A DNA stretch of 64,000 nt from a virus (IMGVR_UViG_3300010348_000547:566-64565), one strand, 5' to 3'; counted from the first letter of the stretch, positions 17,920-27,619 are shown. The notes: generated from the letters alone by a model not told the origin. Made by a program: numbers and translations.

Positions 17920-20900
17920 ATGGCTAAGGTGATTAAATCCGTATCAGTACCAATCCAACAGAATTGTGGATGTCCTCCTGAATATATCGATGTAGGTAAT
18001 GGAATCTGTCAGAAGACAGAATCCGTAAATCCTACGCCACCTAGTCAACCAATCTCAATCGTACCGATTACACCAAATCCAGCGTATATTCTGTATGGTG
18101 CAATCATCTACGAAGACATAACATTAAAACAATGGCCAATATTAGGCTCTCCTCAAGGAGGGCTTAATTGGACATTAGCCGCCAATACTATCATTCCATC
18201 ATCAGGTGTTTCTAACCCTTATCTTCCAGGAGGAGCACCTTATACGTCTCTGAATCCGGGAACAGATGGTGTTAATTATACAGGTGGTATTGGAACCAAC
18301 GGAGAGCACGCAAAGGTGATTTTACCTGCTCCTGCTGGTTGGCCAGGAATTCCTGTTACTGGTACACCATACAACGGCTCACCTCTTGTAGCATTACGTG
18401 AAAGTACTATTACAGGAGGTGTGCTTAACTATGGTATTGGTGCTGGTGTATTTCCTCAGCAACAAATTGTAAGTCCTCCATGGGTAGGCGGTGGTACCAA
18501 TTGGTTAGACCAAAGAGGTATTCGTCCCGAAGATTGTTCAGGAGAAAATAGATGCTCAAACTCATTAGCAGATGACTGCTATAAATGTAGTAAATGGTAT
18601 GGTTTTACACATTGTATAACCATCAATACTACTAAAACTTATTATGTGGCTGCCGCTGCAAACAATGCCTTCAGATTTAAAATGAACGGTATTCTGGTTA
18701 TGGAATTTAACCTGGCAGACGGTATGGAGCCAACCTTAGATACGCTTAGTATTTTCCCTATCACTTTACCAGCGGGTACGCATGTGTTCCAAGTGGACAT
18801 GTTGAATTACTCAGGAGATGGTGGTATGGGCTTCGAAATATATGACTGCTCGTTAGCACAACTTCAAGGAGTTGGTAGCTTAGCTGAGTTGTCAACTTAT
18901 ACTGTATTCTCGGCTAAAGACCGTGTAGGTGGAACGTTTGATGTAAGTAGTTATGCTGAACAAGGTTATACATGTCCTCCAGGATATGTATATTCTGCAT
19001 GTAACGGAACACCAAGTTGTGTAAAAATTACAACAGCTGACCCTGCACCTTTCAATGTAAAATTGACTCCGTGCTGTGGTGATACTTCAAAAGTTCATAT
19101 TGTACCTCATGATCTGTTTTTGGTAAGTCCTATCCTTCCAGGTTGGACAGCTTGTATTGAAGACATTGACCCAACCATTGGGTGCTGGTTAACTGAAGAA
19201 ACTTGTGAAGCTGTAACCTATGCAGGTTCATTCACAGTTTTAGGTACATTTGCAGATTGCTTCAAATGTTTAGCAGAATGTAAACCTTGTGATGATAGTT
19301 GTAAAAGCTGTCCTCCAGGTTATGCAATGAGACCTGATGGAACTTGTGAGGGCTTAGAATCTGTACCTGCAACACAAAACCCAACTACGTATATTGCAGG
19401 TTTAGGTTCTTGGGCACAAGGTTTCTATGGCTCAAATGCCGGTCAATTTTATGAAGACATCACATTAAAACCATGGCCAATAAAAGCAGTAAATGGACCA
19501 TGTTCAACACTTCCTGCAGGTACTTGTAGTATTTTACAAGATAACACAAGCTTACCTTTAATAGTAACCAATCAAGTAGCTAATCCTATTTGGGGAGGAG
19601 ATGGTGGTGCAGTCACTAATTATCGTTTAAAAGTGTCAGGTTTATGGACAACGGTTGCTCCGTTACCTATAAATGAATGGATTGGTTTTGCATATTGTGT
19701 AACTCTTACCCAAAGCAAAACTTACTTTATTGCTTTTGCCGTAGATGACATTGCTAAAATTTACCTAGACGGTGTTTTAATGATTGACCACTCAGCCGTT
19801 GGTTGGTCGTTCAGAACTTGGAAGATTATTCCAGTTACTCTTACAGCAGGTACACACATCATTGATGGACGTGTTCTAAACTCAGGAAGTTCTGCAACCT
19901 TTGGTTTTGAAATCTATGATGCAACCCTTGCTCAGTTATTAGCTGTAGCTGCACCAGGTGATCTTGACCCATACATTGTATTCAGTACAGCTGACTACAT
20001 TGGACAGGCTTGGCAAACTGGAGAAAACTCAGGTTACTCTTGTCCTGATGGGTATTCATTAAATACCTGTGATGGTATTGTTTGTAGCCGTATTGTTACG
20101 GTACCTGCAATTGATTGCTGTGTTGCGATTAAAGATTGTACTACTAATGAAGAAGTTTACTTGGTTACGCCAGGTGATAATTCTCATGGTTTACCTGATA
20201 TCAAAACTTTAGTTGGTAATGGTACTATTGGTAAGCTTTGTCTTAATACGGGTTGTGTTGAAGGCTGCTTCTATGTAGAGGAAACAGAGAGCAGTTGCGT
20301 AACAGCAATTCCTTATGAGAATGTAATCAGCTTTACACAATATCCAGATTGTCCAACTTGTTATAAAAAATGCTATATACTAACCAACTGTCTTGACTCA
20401 GAAGAGACTATGGTTACGGATACTGACTTATCTCAGTACCTTAATTATGTAATTGCAATAAAAGGTTGCAAAGACAAATGCTGGATTGTTACAGAAACTG
20501 ATAATTGTGAAGATTGTTCAGGTCCTGTAATAATTTTAAAGGCATGTCCTCCAACAGGAACTGTACAAGAAAAGTGTCTTTTTACTATTCCTATCATCAA
20601 TGAAGACAACGAGTTAATAACTTTGACTGTTACAATTGATGGAGTTGATTATGCAATAGAAAACATAGACGGTTTACTGCAAGTGTTAAATGACTTGAAT
20701 GCTTTAAACTTAGGTACATGGAGTCCTGCTACAATTTCTGGTACAAATTACGTAACCGTTATTGGTGACCATAATTATACAAGTTTATGTGCTACTATTA
20801 AATCAGGAGAAGGACTAAACACAACTTGTTCAGAACCGGTTTGTAACACTGTTGAAAGCGCTTCAAACTGTACTTATGATTTTACAGATGCTCGCTTTGA

Positions 20901-21450
20901 TCAACCATGTTATTGGAAAATGACTTGGATAGTAGATGGGACTACTATTCCCCTTACACCACTACCTACGACTGTGCAAGAAATTGCGGATGCTATAACT
21001 GCTTTAGGTTTTGGTTCAGCTACTGTATCTGGTAATAGTCTTACACTTATAGGTCCTTACCAATACAGTGTTATCACCATGAGAATGGATTCACCAATGT
21101 GTGAAGTAAGACCTCCAAATGAGGTGATTACGCCTACTTGCCTTGTTGTACCTGTAGAAGGCGGTCCAGACTGTGCATGTTGTTTACCTAAACCAGAAGT
21201 AGTTGTAAAACCCCTTTTGAATCCAAGACCTGTTGACCCAGGCTATACAACACCGGGTTGTTCTCCTGAATACACAGAAAAAGTAAACTGTGCTTTTGGA
21301 GATGTGATGAATAAGAAAATGCTTTCTGCTCGTTATGGTCTAACCACTTGTTGCGAAGATCCTGACACAGATTGGGAAATTAAAAAAGAGCTTCTTGACT
21401 TTGAAGCCATTAAAGATACTAATTTAACACCTTGTAATAATGAGCTGTAA
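17920..21450 (+). CDS. Cys-rich fibre or receptor-binding protein with two PA14-like domains
   Basis: Two homologous units (YEDITLK[Q/P]WPI...W[Y/I]GF..C.T....KTY...[NN/DD]....NG/DG...GTH....N......GFEIYD..LAQL), each bracketed by CPPGY/CPDGY-type motifs. Confidence 0.65.
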   Translation: MAKVIKSVSVPIQQNCGCPPEYIDVGNGICQKTESVNPTPPSQPISIVPITPNPAYILYGAIIYEDITLKQWPILGSPQGGLNWTLAANTIIPSSGVSNPYLPGGAPYTSLNPGTDGVNYTGGIGTNGEHAKVILPAPAGWPGIPVTGTPYNGSPLVALRESTITGGVLNYGIGAGVFPQQQIVSPPWVGGGTNWLDQRGIRPEDCSGENRCSNSLADDCYKCSKWYGFTHCITINTTKTYYVAAAANNAFRFKMNGILVMEFNLADGMEPTLDTLSIFPITLPAGTHVFQVDMLNYSGDGGMGFEIYDCSLAQLQGVGSLAELSTYTVFSAKDRVGGTFDVSSYAEQGYTCPPGYVYSACNGTPSCVKITTADPAPFNVKLTPCCGDTSKVHIVPHDLFLVSPILPGWTACIEDIDPTIGCWLTEETCEAVTYAGSFTVLGTFADCFKCLAECKPCDDSCKSCPPGYAMRPDGTCEGLESVPATQNPTTYIAGLGSWAQGFYGSNAGQFYEDITLKPWPIKAVNGPCSTLPAGTCSILQDNTSLPLIVTNQVANPIWGGDGGAVTNYRLKVSGLWTTVAPLPINEWIGFAYCVTLTQSKTYFIAFAVDDIAKIYLDGVLMIDHSAVGWSFRTWKIIPVTLTAGTHIIDGRVLNSGSSATFGFEIYDATLAQLLAVAAPGDLDPYIVFSTADYIGQAWQTGENSGYSCPDGYSLNTCDGIVCSRIVTVPAIDCCVAIKDCTTNEEVYLVTPGDNSHGLPDIKTLVGNGTIGKLCLNTGCVEGCFYVEETESSCVTAIPYENVISFTQYPDCPTCYKKCYILTNCLDSEETMVTDTDLSQYLNYVIAIKGCKDKCWIVTETDNCEDCSGPVIILKACPPTGTVQEKCLFTIPIINEDNELITLTVTIDGVDYAIENIDGLLQVLNDLNALNLGTWSPATISGTNYVTVIGDHNYTSLCATIKSGEGLNTTCSEPVCNTVESASNCTYDFTDARFDQPCYWKMTWIVDGTTIPLTPLPTTVQEIADAITALGFGSATVSGNSLTLIGPYQYSVITMRMDSPMCEVRPPNEVITPTCLVVPVEGGPDCACCLPKPEVVVKPLLNPRPVDPGYTTPGCSPEYTEKVNCAFGDVMNKKMLSARYGLTTCCEDPDTDWEIKKELLDFEAIKDTNLTPCNNEL

Positions 21451-22234
21451 TACGTGCAATAAACCAGTAACTGTATGTTGCTGTCCAAAACCCGCACCTG
21501 TACCTGTACCGGTGCCAGAACCTACATGTCTTAATCCGATTGTAGTGTTATTAGATGAGGCTAATGATTGTTTCAAAGATCAGCCTTGTCAAAATCAGAA
21601 TTGTGAGAGTCCTGTAAAAGTATGGCTTACATCTGTAATAACAAATTCTCCACAGAATCCTGTTCAAAATCCGGAAATATTCCAAGAGTATTTTGCAGGT
21701 GTTTTACAAGGAGGTATTGTCATGTCGAATCAAGGATTGTGTTGTTCACAATGTTGTGAAGACAAAGCTTACATTTTAGCAGGAGTGGATGGTAAGACTA
21801 TTGATACCTACTTTGATGGTGGTGGTACTGTAAACTGTTGTGCTAATTTCATTGGACCAATGCAAATACAATCAGATTTGATTGACTTTTATGACCTTTA
21901 CAACATCCGTCCTTATCCTAACAAATGTGATAACAACTTTGAAGTATGTGTAGCTCATTTGGCTGCAAATACGGATAACATGAATAGCTTAATAGCTATG
22001 GGTATTTTTGAAACAGTAGGTGGCTTAGGTCAATCTGAAATCTGTAATATCGTAGATGTTATGCTTTCAGCTGGGTTTACACCAACCATGATTCATGATA
22101 CATTTGAACGTTTACTAACAAACGGATTAGTAACATCATGTGTTAATGGTCAAATCTACATAGGTGGTGTTGAAGGCTATAATGATTTCATAAAAATTTA
22201 TGGCCGACTTGTTGAAGGAGGCGGAAAAGTATAA
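21440..22234 (+). CDS. Cys-rich virion protein, paralog A
   Basis: 264 aa beginning MSCNTCNKPVTVCCCP; the C-terminal ~170 aa align with the next gene. Confidence 0.7.
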   Translation: MSCNTCNKPVTVCCCPKPAPVPVPVPEPTCLNPIVVLLDEANDCFKDQPCQNQNCESPVKVWLTSVITNSPQNPVQNPEIFQEYFAGVLQGGIVMSNQGLCCSQCCEDKAYILAGVDGKTIDTYFDGGGTVNCCANFIGPMQIQSDLIDFYDLYNIRPYPNKCDNNFEVCVAHLAANTDNMNSLIAMGIFETVGGLGQSEICNIVDVMLSAGFTPTMIHDTFERLLTNGLVTSCVNGQIYIGGVEGYNDFIKIYGRLVEGGGKV

Positions 22235-22255
22235 TAACCTTTTAATTAATGTAAC

Positions 22256-22885
22256 ATGGCACGAGTAAAAAATGAAGTAGTATATCCAATTGAGCAACCT
22301 TGGTATCCCTCAATTTCAAATGAAACACCTGGCAGTTTTTGTCAAGAGTTTACAAACCTGTTAACAACAGGAACAGTTACAACAAATGTAAATGGTGCAC
22401 AATGCTGTCCAGAGTGTGGTATTTATGCAATTGCAAATGCAGCTATAATGGCTAATTTCTTACGAAATATAGACTCTGAGTTATTAACAGGTTGTTGTTA
22501 CAGCATACACTCATCTGCAGAAGCCTACGCAGAATTTAAAAAAGACACTGAAGAATTGTTTACAGTACTTCAAATGACTACTTGTAGCACTAATCTTTTA
22601 GAATGTGTTAATGGTGTAAAGAGTTCCCTAGGTAAAGCTTGTTGTGATACACTTGAAACTATTGGTGTAGTGGAAATTGGAGGACTAAATCCTGATCCTA
22701 GTCAATCTCAATTATGCACATTGTTGAGTTATTTGAAGAGTATTCAACCAGCTTTAACGCCAGACCAAATTTGTAGTTGTTTAACATCAATATTAACATA
22801 CGGAATAGTTGTACAATGTTTACCAAATGGTCAAATTTTTACAGGAGGTGTAGATGCCTTTTTAGATTACCTAAACACAAAATAA
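22256..22885 (+). CDS. Cys-rich virion protein, paralog B
   Basis: 209 aa. CCPEC..CCYS..CSTNLLEC..GVVEIGGL..QSQLC..GIVVQCLPNGQIFTGGVDAF parallels paralog A. Confidence 0.7.
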   Translation: MARVKNEVVYPIEQPWYPSISNETPGSFCQEFTNLLTTGTVTTNVNGAQCCPECGIYAIANAAIMANFLRNIDSELLTGCCYSIHSSAEAYAEFKKDTEELFTVLQMTTCSTNLLECVNGVKSSLGKACCDTLETIGVVEIGGLNPDPSQSQLCTLLSYLKSIQPALTPDQICSCLTSILTYGIVVQCLPNGQIFTGGVDAFLDYLNTK

Positions 22886-22929
22886 GCTGTTGTGTTTGGA
22901 ATTCAGCAAAAAAATTAATATATTATATC

Positions 22930-24483
22930 ATGAAACCACTCAACGCAAAAGAAACAGGATGTAATCCAATTTCGTCAAATTGTGTCATCTGGCAAGGTCC
23001 AGATATTCCTTGCATGAGTTTGTGCAAAGGAGACACTGTCAGCGATGTTACATATAAGCTAGCTACTGAGCTATGCAAAATTATGGACGTTCTAAAAGTG
23101 GATGCATATGATCTTTCTTGCTTTAACCTTACGTCATGTAAGCCGGCAGACTTTCAAGAACTATTTCAGTTCATCATTGAACGTCTTTGCCACGTAGAGC
23201 AATGTAGTGGATGTGCTCCTGGATGTGGAACGAATCCAACCCCAACTCCTACTCCTACACCTGGCGGATGCCCAGACTGTATGATGAACATAGCAGAATG
23301 CTTCTATTTCACAAACGGCTTAGGAGACGAGGTTCACTCTCTTCAAATGCAAGATTATGTTACCGCATTAGGTAACAAGATTTGTGCAATTATCCAAGCA
23401 ACTGGTCTGAACTCTACAGCAATTGGTAACCAAAGTGCAAGAATTTCTAATGTAGAAACACAAGTAACTCAAATTCAGGAGAACCCTCCGGTTCAATTCC
23501 AGAATATGAACGTGTCTTGTATTTTACCTGTTACTCCAAATGGTTATCCTTTGGACGTAATCGTGTTACAATTAGAAAGTCAGTTCTGCCAGTTAAGAGC
23601 CGCTACAGGAGATGTATCTACAATCCAAGCGGATATTGCTAAGCAATGTGCAGGATTGAATGATGCTCCTCGTTTAGCTGGTTCAGGAACTATGAGTTCT
23701 ATACCAGGCTGGACAACTACAGTAAGTAACATGGCTGATTCACTTGGAAACTTGTGGTTGACTATTTGCGATATTCGTGCTTCTATCTTAAATTTACAAG
23801 CTAATCAACCAAGCGGTTGTAGCTCAATTGTATTGAATTTAGCAGCAAATATATCAGGAGGTAACTTAGTGTTGTTCGTAACAGGAACCGTTCCTGCTGG
23901 TTTTGCACAATGTACTGGTTCAACTCCATTAGCTATTACAGATAGCTTTGGTGGTGCAGCTACTGTAACAATTGACTTGTTGACAATCTTAAATCAACCA
24001 GGTGGTTTCAGTATGCCTTTACCGGGTACAATTAACCCAGCTGCAAATATTACAGTGGCTATCCCATACTGCTTAAATGATGCTTTAAACAGCACAAGCT
24101 GTTCAGGATATTTAAGTACTGTAATCAATAACACAATCACTTGTCCACCGTTATCAGTTGATGCAAATGCAGATGAGACTAAATTAGATTACTCATTTAT
24201 TTCTCTGAACGGTAGCTACACATACACAATACAATTGTATGACGAGGCTGGATTAACAATGATTGCTAGCCAAACTCAATCAACTGCTGTAATTTCTCCA
24301 ATTGCGGGAACCTTTACAGGATTGACAGCATGTACAAATTACAAAGTGAGAATATCAATTATTCCAACTGGATGTGGTACTTGTACTCCAACTATTTGTA
24401 CATTTGTGGATGGTTCAACAGGTTTACCTACAACGTGTACACCACCTGATAGCGTAACTGCAAGTAACGTTTTTGTGCCATAA
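22930..24483 (+). CDS. Tail fibre-like protein with coiled coil and C-terminal fibronectin type III domain
   Basis: Start moved to ATG 22930 (MKPLNAKETGC). It has the SSNCVIWQGPDIPC..GDTVSDV.YKL motif, a coiled-coil segment and the FN3 signature FTGLTACTNYKVRI. Confidence 0.65.
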   Translation: MKPLNAKETGCNPISSNCVIWQGPDIPCMSLCKGDTVSDVTYKLATELCKIMDVLKVDAYDLSCFNLTSCKPADFQELFQFIIERLCHVEQCSGCAPGCGTNPTPTPTPTPGGCPDCMMNIAECFYFTNGLGDEVHSLQMQDYVTALGNKICAIIQATGLNSTAIGNQSARISNVETQVTQIQENPPVQFQNMNVSCILPVTPNGYPLDVIVLQLESQFCQLRAATGDVSTIQADIAKQCAGLNDAPRLAGSGTMSSIPGWTTTVSNMADSLGNLWLTICDIRASILNLQANQPSGCSSIVLNLAANISGGNLVLFVTGTVPAGFAQCTGSTPLAITDSFGGAATVTIDLLTILNQPGGFSMPLPGTINPAANITVAIPYCLNDALNSTSCSGYLSTVINNTITCPPLSVDANADETKLDYSFISLNGSYTYTIQLYDEAGLTMIASQTQSTAVISPIAGTFTGLTACTNYKVRISIIPTGCGTCTPTICTFVDGSTGLPTTCTPPDSVTASNVFVP

Positions 24484-24499
24484 TTAAAACATTAAAGAG

Positions 24500-25021
24500 A
24501 TGAGTTGTAAAACTAAAAAATGTGGATGTACGGATGCTGGGTTAACAACCCCAGCTCCGTGCCCATGCGAAACAGTAGAATGCCAAAACCCTGACGTATG
24601 TCCAGAAACATTCAGTGATAACTGTGTGATTCATACAGGAGACACTATTGTGGACATGAACATCTTGCAAGGAGATGCTCTTACTTCTATCTTACAAAAG
24701 ATGGTAATTAAGATGACTCAGCCACTTTGCGTACCGGGTACTGCTTGTGCTTCTGCAATAAACTTCAAGTCCACTTCAATCGGTAGCACGTCTGCTAAGT
24801 TTGTTTGGGACCCTGTTTCATCAACAGGTACAACTCAATACATACTTCAGTACAGAAAACCTTCTGCAGGTGTATGGACAAGTAATCCAATTGTATCTGA
24901 TGCAAAAGATACATTATCTGGCTTAGAGCCAAATACACAGTACTATGTACGTGTAAACACTAAGTGTGGTGGTATTTCAACATGCTACTCAGTAACATTA
25001 TTAATAACGACAAAAGCATAA
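24500..25021 (+). CDS. Small fibre-associated protein with FN3 domain
   Basis: SDNCVIHTGDTI..QGDALTSILQKM repeats the motif of the previous gene. FN3 features: FVWDPVS, YILQYRK, LSGLEPNTQYYVRV. Confidence 0.7.
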   Translation: MSCKTKKCGCTDAGLTTPAPCPCETVECQNPDVCPETFSDNCVIHTGDTIVDMNILQGDALTSILQKMVIKMTQPLCVPGTACASAINFKSTSIGSTSAKFVWDPVSSTGTTQYILQYRKPSAGVWTSNPIVSDAKDTLSGLEPNTQYYVRVNTKCGGISTCYSVTLLITTKA

Positions 25022-25024
25022 TAA

Positions 25025-26209
25025 ATGGCACATCCAAATACATTAAGATTGCAGTTTACTCCAAACTATACAGGTAACCACCGTGTGTGTTACCGTTTGG
25101 GTATTGCAGGTCCGTTCGACTGCTCAACAATTGTAGCAGGCGTAGTAGGCGTTCCACAAACAGTGGATATTCCTTTTGACTATACCGTAATTGATTTAAC
25201 TTGTAACAGTGATGTTATCACAGGTTATGTGCAACCGGTATGTGTTCCAGAAAGCTGTCCTTACTTGAGAACAGACTTTCTCGTTAGTTATACACCATAC
25301 TGTCGTTTATGGACAGTTGAGTGTACAGACGCTCCTGTTGAGACTGTTGGTGCAACTTCCGTAGGAAGCGGTTATACACCTGGAGCAATTATCCCTGTAA
25401 TCTTTACAGGAGGTGGTGGCGGTTTTGGTGCTACAGCAGATGCGTACATTGCTGATGCTGCCGTTGGTTCAATCGGAATCAATAATCCAGGAACAGGTTA
25501 TACAGATGGAACATTCTACAATGTACCTACTGTACCAGCGGGTCCTCAACCAGCTGTTGGTACCGGATTAGTGCTTGCTCAAGTTGAAATATTAGGAGGA
25601 ACTGTTAACTCATTCTCCTTTGCACAAAATTCTGCAGATGCAGGAGCAGGTTATGTAAATGGTGATACGTTCACTTTAAACATCCCAGGTAACCCTGGTA
25701 ATGGTGATATTGAGTTAGTTGCTGGTGGCGTACACTCAGGAGATGTATTATGGATTGACCTGACAAATCCAGGTTCAGGTTATACTGTAGCACCAGGAGT
25801 TTCAATAGGTGGTACAGCTGTTTTAGTAGCAACTTTAATGCAATGTCCAGCATATGACCTTGGAACAGACTGTTCAGGTTTTAATGTAGGCTTACAGCTT
25901 CAAAGATCTATTGGATGGAAATATTTCATCTGTCAAGCCATTGGTCCGGGTAACCCTTCAACTATCGATGGATGGACAGCAACTTTAGGTACCTTACCTG
26001 CTAACTGTTGTTATGCTTGTGAACAACTTGCATATACAAACTCTTCAGGAGGCGCGCTTAATGTATTCTATATCGACTATGCAACAAGAGCATGGACGTT
26101 GGTAAACGTACCTGATGGAGATACATTAACTGTTCAAATTGTACAAGGTTCTGCTTGGTTAGAAGATGGTACACCATCTGGCTCACCGTTAACAGGAACA
26201 CCTTGCTAA
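25025..26209 (+). CDS. Gly-rich beta-repeat tail fibre or spike protein
   Basis: Four G[ST/A]GY[T/V] units (VGSGYT, NNPGTGYT, AGAGYV, TNPGSGYT) typical of phage fibre shafts, with Cys-rich ends. Confidence 0.6.
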   Translation: MAHPNTLRLQFTPNYTGNHRVCYRLGIAGPFDCSTIVAGVVGVPQTVDIPFDYTVIDLTCNSDVITGYVQPVCVPESCPYLRTDFLVSYTPYCRLWTVECTDAPVETVGATSVGSGYTPGAIIPVIFTGGGGGFGATADAYIADAAVGSIGINNPGTGYTDGTFYNVPTVPAGPQPAVGTGLVLAQVEILGGTVNSFSFAQNSADAGAGYVNGDTFTLNIPGNPGNGDIELVAGGVHSGDVLWIDLTNPGSGYTVAPGVSIGGTAVLVATLMQCPAYDLGTDCSGFNVGLQLQRSIGWKYFICQAIGPGNPSTIDGWTATLGTLPANCCYACEQLAYTNSSGGALNVFYIDYATRAWTLVNVPDGDTLTVQIVQGSAWLEDGTPSGSPLTGTPC

Positions 26210-26216
26210 AAATAAT

Positions 26217-26242
26217 GTCACGGTTTGTTGGTATAACGTGAC
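26217..26242 (+). ncRNA. Candidate structured RNA hairpin with a UGUUGGU loop
   Basis: GTCACG(G)TT-tgttggtat-AACGTGAC, 8 nt after the fibre gene stop and directly before a terminator. Confidence 0.4.
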
Positions 26243-26254
26243 TGACAGGTAATC

Positions 26255-26288
26255 GGCCTCAGAGAAATCTGGGGCCTTTTGCTTTTTA
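26255..26288 (+). terminator. Rho-independent terminator closing the fibre cluster
   Basis: GGCCTCAGA-GAAA-TCTGGGGCC (one G-U pair, GNRA loop) followed by TTTTGCTTTTT. Confidence 0.88.
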
Positions 26289-26295
26289 CATTTTA

Positions 26296-26336
26296 AAAGT
26301 TTATTTTTAAACTTTAAAAAAAATCCGTATATTAAA
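26296..26336 (+). promoter_or_regulatory. Inverted-repeat operator plus TATATTAAA box upstream of the tail operon
   Basis: AAAGTTTA-tttt-TAAACTTT (26296-26315) and TATATTAAA (26328-26336). Confidence 0.5.
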
Positions 26337-26353
26337 GTAGGGAAACAATTATC

Positions 26354-26938
26354 ATGGAGCATATCACACAACCAGATTTACAAGCACCAAGATTCAGACC
26401 GAATCGTACGAGTCTACTTGGTCCAGCCTTCTTTAGAAGGTTTCGGAAAAAGCATCCCCAATATGCTTCATATAGTGATAGTAGTCTTAGAGCTATTATC
26501 AACGACTTCTGCTCTACTACTTGGAGTGAGGTAATTGAAAACCGTGATGGCGTGGAACTACCAGAGGGTATTGGCTTCTTATTCATTGGTACATGTCGTC
26601 CTCCCAAAAAACACAACACTGATTATGCTACTTCCCTAAAGTATAATAAGCGTTTGAAGCATAGAAACTTTGAGTCTGATAATTACATTGCTAAAGTGTT
26701 CTACACTAATTATGCATCTAAGTATCAGTTCCGTAACCGTGAGTTATGGCAATTCAAAGGAGAAAGAGATTTTACGCGTACCGTTGCCGAAACTTATCCG
26801 GTTAACTGGAAGCGTTACATACAAGTTGAAAATTTTCAACTGATCAACAAACTGTACCAAAATAGCAAAGGTAGAGAGTACTATGCTAAAAAGCTTGAGA
26901 CAGACTTGATTGATTATAACGAATTTGATATGGACTAA
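26354..26938 (+). CDS. Divergent HU/IHF-like protein (crAss tail-module IHF homolog)
   Basis: LRAIINDFCSTTWSEVIENRDGVELPEGIGFLFIG fits the HU helix plus 'V.l.gfG.f' strand. An IHF homolog precedes the tail tubular genes in crAss-like phages. Confidence 0.6.
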   Translation: MEHITQPDLQAPRFRPNRTSLLGPAFFRRFRKKHPQYASYSDSSLRAIINDFCSTTWSEVIENRDGVELPEGIGFLFIGTCRPPKKHNTDYATSLKYNKRLKHRNFESDNYIAKVFYTNYASKYQFRNRELWQFKGERDFTRTVAETYPVNWKRYIQVENFQLINKLYQNSKGREYYAKKLETDLIDYNEFDMD

Positions 26939-26939
26939 C

Positions 26940-27614
26940 ATGGCAACAACAATTGGAGAAACAGTATCTAGGATACGCAACGTAGTAAAAGCTGTTAAGG
27001 AAGATGCCTTCTTAACTGACCGTTTTTTATATAGCTTGACTCTAAAGTATGCAAAGCTCTTGATTAGACGTCAAGATAATGAAAACAAAATTATGCGTTT
27101 TCAAAGCTTATTTGAGCCATTACCTTGTGTAGAACTTATTGAAGTTGACAAGGTAGAAGCATGTTGTAACGATATCAAAACTAATTGCACAATTATGCGT
27201 ACCAAGGATAAGTTACCTACTGTACTAGAAGGGGCGTATGGACCGTTATTTAGAAGTGTGACTTCAATGGATGGTTCTCAGGAATGTTACAAAACTTATC
27301 CAGGTACTTATGCAAATATGACCAAGTCGTCAAATTTCAAGTACAACAAAAACAAGTATTACTGGTATCTGAACGGGTATCTGTATTTCCCGAATATTAG
27401 TTGGGAAGCTGTACGTATTGAAGGATTGTGGGAAGATAGCGTTGCTATGTACACATGTGATAGTGATGTGTGTATTTCTCGTCAAGATGAACTTACACAT
27501 TTCCCTGAATACTTGTTTGCTGAAATTGAACAAATGGTTGTCAAAGATTTAACCTTTATGATTCAAGCGCCAGCAGAGGGCAATGATGATAAGCAATCAC
27601 CACTTAGAAGTTAA
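26940..27614 (+). CDS. Tail ring or adaptor protein
   Basis: Start moved to ATG 26940 (MATTIGETVSRIR). Layout resembles the other ring genes, with YYWYLNGYLYF and C-terminal EYLFAEIEQMV. Confidence 0.55.
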   Translation: MATTIGETVSRIRNVVKAVKEDAFLTDRFLYSLTLKYAKLLIRRQDNENKIMRFQSLFEPLPCVELIEVDKVEACCNDIKTNCTIMRTKDKLPTVLEGAYGPLFRSVTSMDGSQECYKTYPGTYANMTKSSNFKYNKNKYYWYLNGYLYFPNISWEAVRIEGLWEDSVAMYTCDSDVCISRQDELTHFPEYLFAEIEQMVVKDLTFMIQAPAEGNDDKQSPLRS

Positions 27615-27619
27615 TAATC

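Noticed and set aside
22886-22915. Possible terminator GCTG...CAGC plus A-run
   Set aside because: The stem is only 4-5 bp with a long loop, and the U-tract would be on the minus strand; too weak to call.
26237-26277. ZTP (pfl) riboswitch resemblance (CGTGACTGAC...CTGGGGC)
   Set aside because: There is no P2 stem and no downstream loop complementary to the GAC segment; the 3' part is better explained as a terminator.
9382-26939. Upstream starts given by the ORF track at 9382, 22777 and 26910
   Set aside because: The extensions run through promoter or leader DNA or overlap the previous gene; ATGs at 9433, 22930 and 26940 have typical A-rich leaders.
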